DNA of 64,000 nucleotides from the human T2T-CHM13v2.0 reference genome, Homo sapiens: the NCBI RefSeq assembly GCF_009914755.1, contig NC_060934.1; one strand, 5' to 3'. Position 1 is the stretch's first letter. Each line of letters starts with the position of its first letter. The position numbers and the translations under genes are program-made. A model generated the notes under the pieces. The model made no database searches, had not been told where the DNA came from, and worked only from the letters and a program-made list of their open reading frames with translations. Below, piece by piece: positions 18,734 through 34,690 of the stretch.

Positions 18734-19221
18734 GCATATTGCTGTCTACTGAGTCGAGTTCTTGGAGGTTGAATCCTGCTGCTATAGCCTTGAACTCCAA
18801 GTCATTATGGCTCAGCTCCTTGCAGAGTTTATAATTTGGAATTGCTTGAGTTGATGGCCCATGCAGCTTTATCTGCGGGTATCCTTCCAAAGGATTGTGG
18901 GCATATCTTTCCAAAGAGGTTGTGCATTTGTTTTTGCCAGATGTCCTGGAGGATTTACTGATCTAGGATGTTTTGTATGCTCATTTTTCAACTTAGGAAG
19001 TCATTATACTCTATAGGTAAACTTAAATCCCAAACCCATGCACTGTATAAGCTGTGATCATGAATTCTCAGGGGAGACTTTGTTCCTACTCAGGGCTCAT
19101 GCAGAGACAAACAAGCTTCATCGGTGTCTCCCTTTTAACAAGAGTGTCATTCCTCAAGTTCTCGGCTTCACGAGGGTCTTATTTCTAACACCATGCCCCT
19201 CCTAGCACCCAGGCCTTTCCC

Positions 19222-20073
19222 TGTGGCAGTCTGATTTTTGGGGTGGCCCCTATGATCCCTACCTCCTGGTGTTCATACCCTAGAATAATATCCTCCTCTT
19301 GAGTGTAGGCAGGACCTGTAACTTGACTCTAACCAATAGAATATGAGACCAGCTGCAGTGACTCACGCCACTAATCTCAGCCCTTTGGGAGGTTGAAGCA
19401 GGTGGATTACTTGAGCCCAGGAGTTCGAGACCAGCCTGGGCAATATGGCAAAACTTATCCCTACAAAAAATACAAAAATTAGCCAGGTGTGGTGGCTAAC
19501 TTTTTATGGTGCTTGTAGTCCCAGCTACTTAGGAGGCTGAGGTCAGAGGATGGCTTTAGCCTGTGAGGCTGAGGCTGCAATGAGCTGTGATCATGCTACA
19601 GCACCCTAGCCCGGGCAACAGCAAGACCCTGTCTCAAAACAAACAAACACAGATGGCAAGGGTGACAGGATGGACATGATTCCAAGATGATTTTATTCAT
19701 CTTGCTGGAGTCTCTCATTCCCTTCCTGGCTTTGACAAAGCAAGCTGACATGTTGGGGTGGTGTATATTAGGATGCCCATGTGGCACTAAGGGTGGCCTC
19801 CTGGCTGACAACCAGGAAAAAAACAGAAGCTTTCAATCTTACCTACACCTGCGAAGAACTGAATTCTTCCAACAAGAGTGGATTCCTCTCCAGTGGAGAC
19901 CTCAGCCTAGCAGACACCTTGATTGCAGTCATTTGAGACCCCAAGCAGACAACCTAGCCACGCCATGCTTAGCCTCTTGACCCACAGAAACTGGAACATC
20001 ATAAATATATGTTGTGCTTTTTGTCACTAAGTTTCTGGTAATATGTGGTAACATAGCCAAGGATAACTAATAT
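19222..20073 (+). mobile_element. MLT1E/F-like LTR, split by AluJ
   Basis: ctcttgagtgtaggcaggacctgtaacttgactctaaccaatagaatatg; gacaccttgattgcag; 3' end ataactaata. Confidence 0.8.
19346..19650 (+). mobile_element. AluJ
   Basis: Diverged dimer with (AAAC)n tail. Confidence 0.9.
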
Positions 20074-20639
20074 ACTCTCCCAACTCAGATGGTCACCAAA
20101 CCCAAGGCCAAAGATTTCTAAGACCTGCCCCAAGAGCAGTGATAACAGTAATTTATAAAATTATTACTCTGGTTTTCAGTTTCTTCTTTGTTTTTGGTCC
20201 CTGGGAATTTCTATTATTTTCTTTAACAATTAGCTGTGGATTTACAGAAATCTTACGTTGTGTACAGCCTGCTAAGGTTTTTTTTTTTTTCCCCTCTGTA
20301 AGCTGGATATGTTTCATGTTGTAAAGTCCTCCATATTGCTAGAAGTGGAAGATGCCTTAAAGGTTTCCAGTCAAAGTAGAAGCATTATGCTCCCTTCTCT
20401 TTGAATGAATTTTCTGTTCTCCAGAAAATCCACCTACTCCCAATGTTGGCATGCAGCCTTTAAGTTTGAGATTCAACTTTATCTCAAATGCTAACTTTTT
20501 CTCAAAATGCCAATCCACATTTTTAGCTGCCTCTTAGAAATAGTTTTCTTTTGGAGGTCTTATCTTGACATTAAGCACCTTACTTTCCAAAATGCCTGCT
20601 ACCTATTTTTGCCTGCTTTTCAGGGGATTATTTCCTAAT

Positions 20640-21970
<1,331 letters not shown>

Positions 21971-22089
21971 ACCCGTTTCCTTCTTTGTATACTGATGCTG
22001 ATCTTGTCCATAGCAACATCTCTCAGAGATCCCATCTGTATCTGTTAATAATACACAGCTTGGCCATGGTAACCCATACCCATCACTGA

Positions 22090-22303
22090 ATAATTTCTAT
22101 GAGCTGGGCATTGTTATAGATATTTTGCATTTATTAATTCATTTAACCCTCACAACCAGCCTTTGAGATGAGGACTATAGATGAAGGAACAGAGCAGTTA
22201 GGTATCTTGTTCAAGGCCACAAAGCATATGTGATGGAACCAGAATTTGAACCCAGGGCTTCTGAATACAGAGCCTGAACCATTAACCACATGCTCTGCTG
22301 CCT
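22090..22303 (-). mobile_element. MIR
   Basis: catttaaccctcacaac; aaggccaca; gaatttgaacccagg; ttaaccac...ctgctgcctc. Confidence 0.8.
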
Positions 22304-23413
22304 CTCAGTGAGTGCCAGTGAAATGAATGGGTGCACAAATGAATGATTTCTCCAGAATGGTAGAAGGTGATCAGCTGTTCTTTCCATATGCCTCCATTGA
22401 TCACTTTAGCATACCCAAAGTAAACTCTCTTTGGATCCACATCTCTCAAGGAAAGTTCCCATCTGCTTGAGTTCTCTTGGAAACAAAGCAGAGAACTAGT
22501 CAACCCTGGACCAACAGAGCTCTGAGATGAGCCCAGTGTGACCTAGCTGAGGGGCAAATACTGGATAATAAAGAGGTGCTTTCTTGCAAGTGAAATAAAA
22601 CCAGTGAATTTTCTTTCTGTCTACTGGATTCCCTAGGATAGCACCTTGCATAAATCCTAGTTAATATCACAGAATTTGACAACTGGGATGATAGATGGTG
22701 CACCTCAACCCCTTAATTTAATGATAAGGAAACTGAGGCTCAGATCAGCAAAATAGTCAAACTGTTCATTGTCACACAGCTAGTTAATGATTCCTGGGCT
22801 AGCATCCAGAAGAGACAAAACACTCCCAAAGGATATTGGCACACTGCTTTTCTTCAAGGGGACTGCCCAATTCTCACATTTTCCCCTTTTTTTAAAGAAA
22901 AAAACTTGCTTTAAAGAAGTTTTAATCTAGATTTAATTGTTTCCCCTTAACCCAGTGTAATTATCTATGGTTTCCACTCCAAATTGGCTTGGACTCAAAG
23001 GATTTATGGTGGCTCTATAATGTCCTGCTAGGTGAATGTTCTTTTGTCTTACAAATGAAGAGATTACTTTAGCAGCTTTAGCAGAAGGGGAAAACGTGCT
23101 TTCACCAAATGTGTTTGCTTAAATAGTATAATTGATCATCAACAAAGCCCTACCACCTTCTGTAGTTTTTTTCTTAGGTAGATATGATAACCAAGCTGGA
23201 AATTTCCATTTCTAACAGCTACAATTTCCAAGCTATATATTAAGTACCGATTTTGACAGATAAATGGATAAAATGTATTTTGGGGTCCTCTGGCACATGA
23301 GACTTCTGATTAATTTGAGCCAACATTGGTTTGCTGCATTGAGCTCTGTACTTGGATTAGACATCTATTAGAATAGATGCAAAACCAAGTTAGGCTAGTT
23401 TCAGATGACTGGC

Positions 23414-23810
23414 TCTCTTAGCTCAGGCCGCCATAACAAAATCCCATAGTCTGGGTGGCTTAAACAACGGAAATTCATTTTCTCAGAGTTCCAGAGGCTG
23501 GAAGTACAAGACCTCAGTGCCAGTATGGTTGGGTTATGGTGAGGACTCACTTCTTGGCTTGTAGATGGCCACCTTCTTGCTGTGTTCTCACATGACAAAG
23601 AGAAAAAGAGAGAGAGAGGAAGCGCTCTGATATCTCTTCTTCTAAGGGCACTATTCACATCACCCAACATCATCACCTCATCTGAACCTAATTGGGAATC
23701 TTTTAAATCTCCCAAATGCCCTATCTCCAAATACCATCACATTGAGGATTAGGGCTTCCACATATGAATTTGTGGTGGGGCAGGAGGGAGACATAATTCA
23801 GTTTATAGCA
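23414..23810 (-). mobile_element. MLT1A-like LTR (3' LTR of the adjacent internal region)
   Basis: gccataacaaaatcccatagtctgggtggcttaaacaac...ctatctccaaataccatcacattg...aattcagtttatagca. Confidence 0.88.
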
Positions 23811-25057
23811 TTATATCCCTGGCTCCCCAAATTCATATCCTTCTTGTATGCAAAATATATTCATTCCATTTCAACAGCTCCAAGAGTCTTAACTTGTTCC
23901 AGCATCAACTGTAATGTCTAAAGTCCAAAGTCTCCTTTAAATATCATCTAAATCAGATATGAGTGAAATTTGAGGTACAATTTATCCTGAAGCAAAATTC
24001 CTCTCCAGGTGTGAACTTGCGGAACCAGACAAATTACGCACTGCCAAAATACAACATTGGGACAGGCATAAGATAAATGTTCCCATTCCGAAAGGGAGAA
24101 CTCAGAAGAAAGAAAGGAGTGACAGACCCCAAGCAAGTCCAAAACCTAGCAAGGCAAATCCTATTAGATCTTAAGGCTCAGGAATTATCCTCTTTGGCTC
24201 AATGTCCCATCTTCCAGGCTCACTGGGGTGGAAGCATCACTCCAATAGCTCCAGGCAGGGGCCCTGCCCCTGTGGTTCTTGCAGACCCTGGGTCTTGTCA
24301 GAAGGCTGTGTCCCCAAGGCTCCTCTGGATGGTCCTCCTGCAAAGCTTCAGGTAGGGGCTTTCCAGTGGTTGAAACCAAGGCTCTGGGCCTGATGAGCTC
24401 TGCATCAACTTCAGCATCAATTTTTTCTCTTCTGGGAGAATAGTGCATGTTCCAAGTACCTCTACTTTCTCATCTAGTGAAATCCAAGAATTCCAATAGC
24501 CTTCCTTCATTTTGTCATGTCTCTATCCCCTTCGGTTCAAACTGGCAGTGTTTCTGCTCATATAACCCTATAAACACTATCAAGTGATAGTTTGGCCATG
24601 ACCTTGGTGTTTTTTTTGCAATATGGATAGATGAAGTATTTTCCAAGTCTGCAAGTTCTTGTTTCTTTTGGCTTAATAATTCCTTCTTCAATTAATGTTT
24701 CTTTCCCACATTTCCCTATAAGCAATCAGGAAGAACCAAGCCACTCCTTCAACACTTTGCTTAGAAAACTACTCAGCTAAATATCCAATTTTGTCACTCA
24801 CACATTCTGCCTTTCACAAAACTCTAGAACACAGTTCACAGAAGTTCTTTGTTAGTTTATGAAAAGAATCATCTTTCCTCCAATTTCCAGTAACACAATC
24901 CTCATTTCTGAGACCTTGCCAGAATTGCCCTTAATGTTCATATTTTTAGTGTGCACCCCCAAATTCTTCCAGCCTCTACCCATTACCCAATTCCAAAGCC
25001 ATTTCCACATTTTTAAGTATTTGTTACAGCAGCACTCCACTACTTGGTTCCAAAATT
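23811..25057 (-). mobile_element. MaLR (MLT1-int) internal region
   Basis: ccccaaattcatatccttct...gtcttaacttgttccagcatcaac...gttcccattccgaaaggga...ccagcctctacccattacccaattccaaagcc; ends in PBS-like ccactacttggttccaaaat. Confidence 0.8.
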
Positions 25058-25860
<803 letters not shown>

Positions 25861-26204
25861 CAGACCCTCAGGTATATGATTTTAGTACTCCACAACAACT
25901 GCAGGCTTCTGGGAAATAATTCCTCAAGGACGCAATTTCAACAACATCACTTTGGGCAAAGACATAAGAAAACAGCTGTCCAATTGAAGAATTTTTAGAG
26001 CTGCTATTGTATTACTTACTTGGAAATTGCCTAATGATACCAGTAATGAGAAGGAGACATAGAGGGTAAGAATGAAGGATATTTCCTCTCTCTCTTTGTA
26101 TTCTTATTCTCTCTCACTCTGTACATAATCCTGTTATTGCAGTAAGATAGTAGAATCGTGGGGGAAGAGACCAACATTTATTGAAAATTTACAATGATAC
26201 AATG

Positions 26205-26780
26205 ATAATGATGATGGCTAACATTTATCAAATGCTTACTATATTCCAGGCACTCTTCTCATTTAATTCCCTATTTAACCCTTTACTATATTCCATATAT
26301 TACATTGTGTTATCTTCACACCTAGCTGATGAGGTAGGTCATTTATCTATTTCTATCTATTGTATAGATAAAGACATTTCCCAAAGTCAAACAACAAACC
26401 AGAGGTTGAGCTGGGATTTGCATCCAGCACGGCTCATGTTGTTCTTTCATGCGAATGCTGCCTGCCCTGCTAAGTAAGACCCATTACACCATGTACATTT
26501 GTACATTAACAGAAATAAATAATACAGATATGTCTGATGTTCTCCTCTGCACTAGAACTCAGAAAATGTGAAAATATCATCTTGGTTTTGCTTCTCATTT
26601 GCCATATGGCATTAACATATCACTTAATTTCTCTATGACTCAATTTCTTTACCCATAAAGTGAAAATTCTATCTGTCCCATCCTATGGCAAGGCATTTTA
26701 ATGGCAGGTCCAAATAAAATGATTGCAAAAGCATTATGAAGAATGCCACACAAATGCAAGTATTGGTATGAGTGTGCTTA
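26205..26780. mobile_element. Two MIR fragments in opposite orientations
   Basis: atggctaacatttatcaaatgcttactat (minus); cacttaatttctctatgactcaatttctt (plus). Confidence 0.6.
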
Positions 26781-28194
26781 CTACAAAACACAAAAACCGT
26801 CCTCCTTTTTGTGCATCGGACAGGAGAGGTCTTTCTTAGATGCTTCCTCTGTCCCATCATCTTCGTGGCCAGCTGCACAAAGCAGGTAATAAATGGTCTC
26901 CTAATTATAAGAAGGGATATACATAGCATATCTGGTCTAGTAGGTGCTCAATAAATATTAATTTCCTTACTTTGCATGAATGGGCATAGGAGTCAAAGCC
27001 TGGTCCCAACCTGCTCACCAAGTGTCACGGGGAATCCATTTCCAGGATTCTAAAAATAATAATCAGCCATTATCTTTCTTGAATGTGATTTGATTCAAAA
27101 TGGAAAATACTGAGTGTGGTAGGGAGAGGAAACTATGCCTGAGGAACCACTTAGTTACAACAGGGCCCCAGCTTTGTGATTCAGGACATGCTGCTGGAGA
27201 AATGTAGTTCTTTTCATGGGCAGGACCTGACTGTCCTTTCTGCCCAAGGGTGCAATTCACTTATTTGGCTACAAAAAGCTCCTTTACTGCCTGTCTCGCA
27301 TTCTCCACTTTATAAATCTTCCAGGGGTGTCAACTGCTCAGAAGGCAGTGGCTATTTTAGTAAGTCTGAAATGATCCCCAAGGGCTTGTCACCTGTATAC
27401 ACCAAGAATGGCTTTTAGGTTTCCGTTTCCCGTTCGTCTAAGCAAGCCTGAGAAAGAACACACTGTGGCTGTCTGATTCAGATGGTCCTTTCTTCCCCAC
27501 ATCTCCATTCATTTATAACTCATTCTTTCTGGTTCACTGTGACTGTGATTGTAACTGAGCACAGGACCCTGGAGAGACTCCTCAGCTTGTAGGGGGATGT
27601 GGCTGTTAAAGAGAGAACCTCTCTCCCAGAGGGCTTGGCTACTGAGACGTATTTTTCTTCCTTTCTCCTTTACAAGTGGAAAATAATGCCTGGGAGGAAA
27701 ATGAGACAAACAGCGGCAATTCCAATTTCACCTAAGCTAGGATTTATTTTATTTTTTTTACTATTCCCAGCTCCCAGATAGATTCTCTCCCTGATTTCTG
27801 TTATATGTCACTTTGGCTGACATATGTCAAGTTCTTAACATTGATGAAAAATAACCCATTGGGTGGAAATGAATATCATGACACAGAGGTGATTTTACAG
27901 TTTTGTTGTTTTAATGAATGAAAGGTTAACAATAAGAATTGGACTAATAGTGTTGGAAACAAGCCCTCGATTTATCTGCAGAACAGACCCAAACTTCTCA
28001 GCTCTCCTCCCTCCTCTCCAGTTGACCACTCTGCAAGGTTGGTTACTCTAAAACTCCACCAGTGTCCTCTCGGGGAAGAGGTGATAGGTGATTAAACAGA
28101 TTGTCCGTAATGCATGGCTTATCTTTCTTTAGGCTGTGATCTTGCTTGACAGTCATTAGTTACATGTGTATGCATCTTACCCACTTAAAAAAAT

Positions 28195-29101
<907 letters not shown>

Positions 29102-29405
29102 TCCATTTTCTCCTCTTTTAAATGGAGAACTTCCTAAGATGGGCCATTCACGTTTTTCCCACAGAAAGTCTTCCACATAGCAGACACTCAATTATAATTA
29201 CAAATATTTGTTGGTTGAATGAATGAAGGAAAGAAAATATTTTAAGAGGTACAGACAAGAAGAATTCCGGGAGCTGTGAGGCTCAATTTAGTTGTATGCT
29301 GTCATTCATCACCACAGTCTTGGCCAGATTTTCAGTGCTACAAATCGATACTAACCAACTGGTAGGCAGAGACGTATAACCATCTCCTATAAAATTGCTA
29401 ATTCA

Positions 29406-29712
29406 GTCTGGGTGCAGTGGCTCAGGCCTGTAGTCCCAGCACTTTGGGAGGCCAAGGTGGGTGGATCACTTGAGGTCAGGAGTTTGAAGCCAGCCTGACC
29501 AACTTGGTGAAACCCCGTCTCTACTAAAAAAAGTACAAAAAAATTAGCCAGGCATGGTGGTGGGTGACTGTAATCCCAGCTACTCGGGAGGCTGAGGCAG
29601 GAGGAATCACTTGAACCTGGGAGGCGGAGGTTGCAGAGGAGCCAAGATCGTGCCATTGCACTCCAACCTGGGTGACAAAGTTAGACTCCATCTCAAAAAA
29701 AAAAAAAAAAAA
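29406..29712 (+). mobile_element. AluS
   Basis: TSD attgctaattca on both sides. Confidence 0.95.
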
Positions 29713-31012
29713 GATTGCTAATTCAAACAGTAATATGGATTGCTGTTTGAAAATGAAACAAGGCATTTGCAGTCAACAATTCTGGACTCATCTCAGAGTT
29801 ATATGCCATGGTCTGTACCAATGACCAATGCTCTCAGTAAGGGTTGTCTCCAGATGCCAAGGCAATGCGGTAAACACCCTCTAATATTGCCCCAACCAAC
29901 TCATATATTCAAATATGTATTGAGATGCTGACACAGTTAAGGAAGGCAGAATTTGTTAAGTCTTCTGCGGAGAAACTGAAAAAATGGAGTGAGAATCCAT
30001 TTTTAGCGGAAAAAAAAAAAGGCGATATAAAACATTTTCTTAAGAGGTTTAGCATATTTGAAAAGACGTGCCAAAAAAAAAAAGTATTCTTTTACTAATT
30101 CAATTAAAATGATCTCAGTCACTTCGGTATTTTCCATTTCTGGTCAAAATCTAGACAACAAAGAAGGAAGTGTCATCTGAGGTAATTATGGTCTAACCAG
30201 GAGCAAAATAGGCCCCAGGCCTCACAAGGAAGCTTGACTGAAAGAGGAACTTTGACTTAGTAAAACCGAACTGCTGGGGTCGAACTGACCAGCCCTAATT
30301 TGGAGCAGGTGCAATCACTCTGGCCATTTGCTGACAGGCAGCATGAACGAGGGGAAACAAAAAGCCCGGAGAAGTACTGAGTGCTAAGAGGCTTTCAGAG
30401 GCGCCTGTTGCTAGGGAACCACTTCCTCTGTGTTCATACCCAGCGAACTCAAGCTATTCAGATATCACTGGAATAATCTCTCTCAGGCTCCGAGGGGAAA
30501 AGAAACAGCTCTCAAAGCTCAGACGTCATGGTAACACTGGGAAAAGCCCAGCTTTTCCAGCAGACACCGAAGAGCCAATGATACCAGGAGAAAACCAGAA
30601 GTGAATGGGCATCTTGTGTTTTATTGAGACACAGAGGACAGGCACCTTCTGCCTGACCCCACCCAGGTGCGTCGGTGGCAAACAGTGACACACCCACAAC
30701 CCACATGTAATTTTACTATCAGTTCTTTGAGAATGAGATACTGTTCTCTTCGTCTTCAGAACCCACGTCATCTAGCCCAGTACTTTCCACACCATTCTCC
30801 AAGTTGGTTTAATTCAAGTTCTTCATTCCATAAATATTTATCGAGGACTTGGTTCTATGTGCACTGCATGGATGCTATGATAGAGATTAAAAAAGACACA
30901 GAGACAATTCCCCTAAAGAAGCTTCCTGGTCTTAGAAACACAAACGAGGATGAGGTTTGTCTACAAATAATGGTAACACAATGGCAGTATAAACAACATG
31001 GTAGGTTTCATT

Positions 31013-31873
31013 CGTAAGCCAAATATAAAATTCTAAGCCCCACAACCAGCTGAATGGACCTCTCCTCTTGGCCAAGGGCATTCTAAAATAAGCACACCAG
31101 TTCAGGCCATGATGGGAATGCATGATCAGACATGCCTCAGTTTATATTGCTCCCTTTGGAATTCAGGCACTGCTGACTAACATTAGCATTAAAACAGAGA
31201 CCATAAGACTGACAAAACAGACTCTGCGTAGCAATAAGATAACCACATGACAGACAGCAGGACCTGAAAGAAATCAAGATATTTTATCCCAAAATACATT
31301 TCTTTGACACATTTTGAAATGGCACTGCAAAGCTGTCTCTTGTGGGGAAAACCTATGTTTTATAGAGAATTCCCTTTCCTTTCCAGGTCTTTTTTCTGAT
31401 CTAGGAGAGAATTAACTAAGAGTCTGGCACCTTTTAAAGTCTGTTAAGAAACATTTACCATCTAGTCTCTCTGAAGCCTGCTATCTGGAGGCTTCATCTA
31501 CATAATAAGAACCTTAGTCTCCACAACTTCTTATCTTAACCCAGACACTCCCTTCTATTGATTCCACATCTTTAGATAATCACTTAACACTTTCAAGCAC
31601 TTGCCAATCAGAAAATCTTTGAGTCCACCTGTGACCTGGACACCCCCCACTTCGAGTTGTCCCACCTTTTCCAGACTGAACCAATGTACATCTTACCTGT
31701 ATTAATTTATGTCTTATGTTTCCTTAAAGTGTATAAAACCAAGCTGTAGTCTGACCACCTGGGCACATGTTCTTAGGATCTCCTGGGGCTGTGTCACAGG
31801 CCATGGTCACTCATATTTGGCTCGGAATACATCTCTTCAAATTTTTTATAGAGTTTGACTCTTTTCATTGGCA
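31013..31873 (+). mobile_element. MER4-family (MER4B/D/E-like) ERV1 solo LTR
   Basis: gtaagccaaatataaaattctaagcccc...gtataaaaccaagctgtag...gagtttgactcttttc; 4-bp TSD catt (31009-31012 / 31874-31877). Confidence 0.85.
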
Positions 31874-32297
31874 CATTGTTTGACCATTACACATAATGAG
31901 GGCCAGTGGGCACTCAGTGCAGAGTTAGTATTGCTGCTCTTCAGTCATCAGAGATGCAGGCATGTCCTGTGCGTTTCCTCCAGTATCCTTAACACATGGT
32001 TTCATCTCTTGGGTCAACACCTGGTCCGAGGTGGCTGCCATAGTATCCTGTCAATGTCCCAGATAGGAAGAAGGAGGAAGGACGTGCTCCCTGGAGGAAG
32101 CTTTCCAGAAGCCCCACTTTTGTCAATGCTACATTTGAGGTCTTCCTAGCAAAAGCATGAAAGCCTCTTCAGCTGCATTATTGTTTTGGGTTGTAAAATC
32201 AGTCTTATTCGCATACAGTTTTTTTTTTTCATTAGGAAGGTTATATAAGCTCATTACAGAAAATTTGGAAAATAAACGAATTCATTCTTAACTCTGA

Positions 32298-32606
<309 letters not shown>

Positions 32607-33331
32607 TTAAGAGTAACAAATACTTATTGCTTACGTATTGTGCTACGTATTGAGCATTCTGGTTTAGTTCCTCCATTCCATAAAACTATGCATCAGTTGT
32701 TGTGTTCTGTACTTACAGTTATGGTAAACATTTTTATATCCTACTTCTTTCTACACAGCATTAAATCATTAGCTTTCTTTCTATTTTGTTATATCACTAA
32801 ATTTCAAGAAGTCGTATATGCTCATAGTAAAAGTAAAAATAATATTTTTTAAAAACTCAACCATATTCCCTTGCTCTTATGCTTACAATGCACTCTACTC
32901 CAATTTTAGGATAAGTTCAGCGTTAAGTGTTAATGATAGTGAAGGAAACTTCTAGCGTCTGAGCTACATCCCAGAGTTCCCCAGTAGGATGAAACTCCAG
33001 TCACCAAAAATGATACTCTTCCTAATAAGCAATGCTTTATTGGCCTCTTTCTACTACTGACGCTTCCTGAGACAACCTCCAAATTAAGCAAGCTGTACTA
33101 GAATCCTTGTCTCAGGGTCTACTTCTGGGGGAACCAAATTAAGACACCACTTGACAACTTTAGCTAGTATATCATTGGCCAGCCCTATCTATAAGGAGCC
33201 TGGGAAATATTGTTTTAGAGCTTGGGCTATAACTGCACTTGACAATATTAGGATTCTCTGGCTAAAGAATATGAATATTGGATAAACATCTGGCCATCTC
33301 TGCCATGTGTGGATAAGATATATCCACACAT

Positions 33332-33628
<297 letters not shown>

Positions 33629-34429
33629 GATATATCCACACATAACCGTAAATTATGAGCCATAAGAAGGGGACTGGGGAGATTACTTTTTTGTAGGTAC
33701 TTAACGACTTCCTTGAGACTGTAGAATTTGACTTGCACCCTCAAGGCTAGGTGGGATTTTAATAGGCGAATAGATAATCTGACGGTGTGTAGGGTTTATA
33801 AGAACAGGTAAAGCCTGGACACAGAAAGACAAGTTAGGAGATGATGAAAATGGTTTGGGTGTAAGAGAATAATAACCCAAACCAGAGTGTGATACCAAGA
33901 CTGGAAAATTAGGAATATGTGTGAGAAATACAGCAAAGGAACTCAATAAGATTCATATAGAGGTGAAGTGGAAAGAAGGAATCCAACATGACCTTGAAGC
34001 TTGAAGCCAGGATGGAGGGTAGCACCATAAACAGAAGTTGTACAGTCGGAGAGAAGGGCCAAGTTCGAGGGATGTTTGTTGTCTTTGATTCTACCAGAGT
34101 TAAACATAATGTTTTGATGGAGTGAAGTCAGATCTAAAACATAGATATTCAACTTCAAATGTTAAAAAAAAAAGCAGTGACTCTTATTTCTATACTTCAT
34201 CTCAATCAAAGCATGACTTTCTATGCACATGGAAAATTCCATGAGCTCACCCTCCTGCAGAGCTCCTTCCTGACAGAAACCAGGAGGGTTAGGCTTTCTA
34301 AAGAGCACCAGATCCCAGATCCCTGCTGATAAACTCACTAAGTCAGAAAGATACAAAATCAACCCTCTCACTATAGAGAGAAATTCTCAACTCTGTCCAG
34401 ATACGTATTGGTTTTTGCAGAGCTGCGGA

Positions 34430-34690
34430 AATAACGAAAATATAGGGGTTTGGACTCAACCAGGCCTGGACTGAGTCCTGGCTCCAGCTCTTTCTTGCCA
34501 TGCAACCTTGGTTAAATTAACTTTTAAAGCTTGAGTTTTCTTACCTGCAAAGGGGAGAAAATATAGTACTACTTTCTAGGGCTGTTAAGAGAATTAAGTA
34601 AAAAATCCATGTAAAGCACTTAGCATGGCACGTTATGCATTGTTCTAAGTGTTCTAAGAACACTACTTAGAAAATGTTAGCATTGTTATT
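34430..34690 (+). mobile_element. MIR
   Basis: gagtcctggctcc; agttttcttacctgcaaa; tagggctgttaagagaattaa; atgtaaagcacttagca. Confidence 0.8.
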
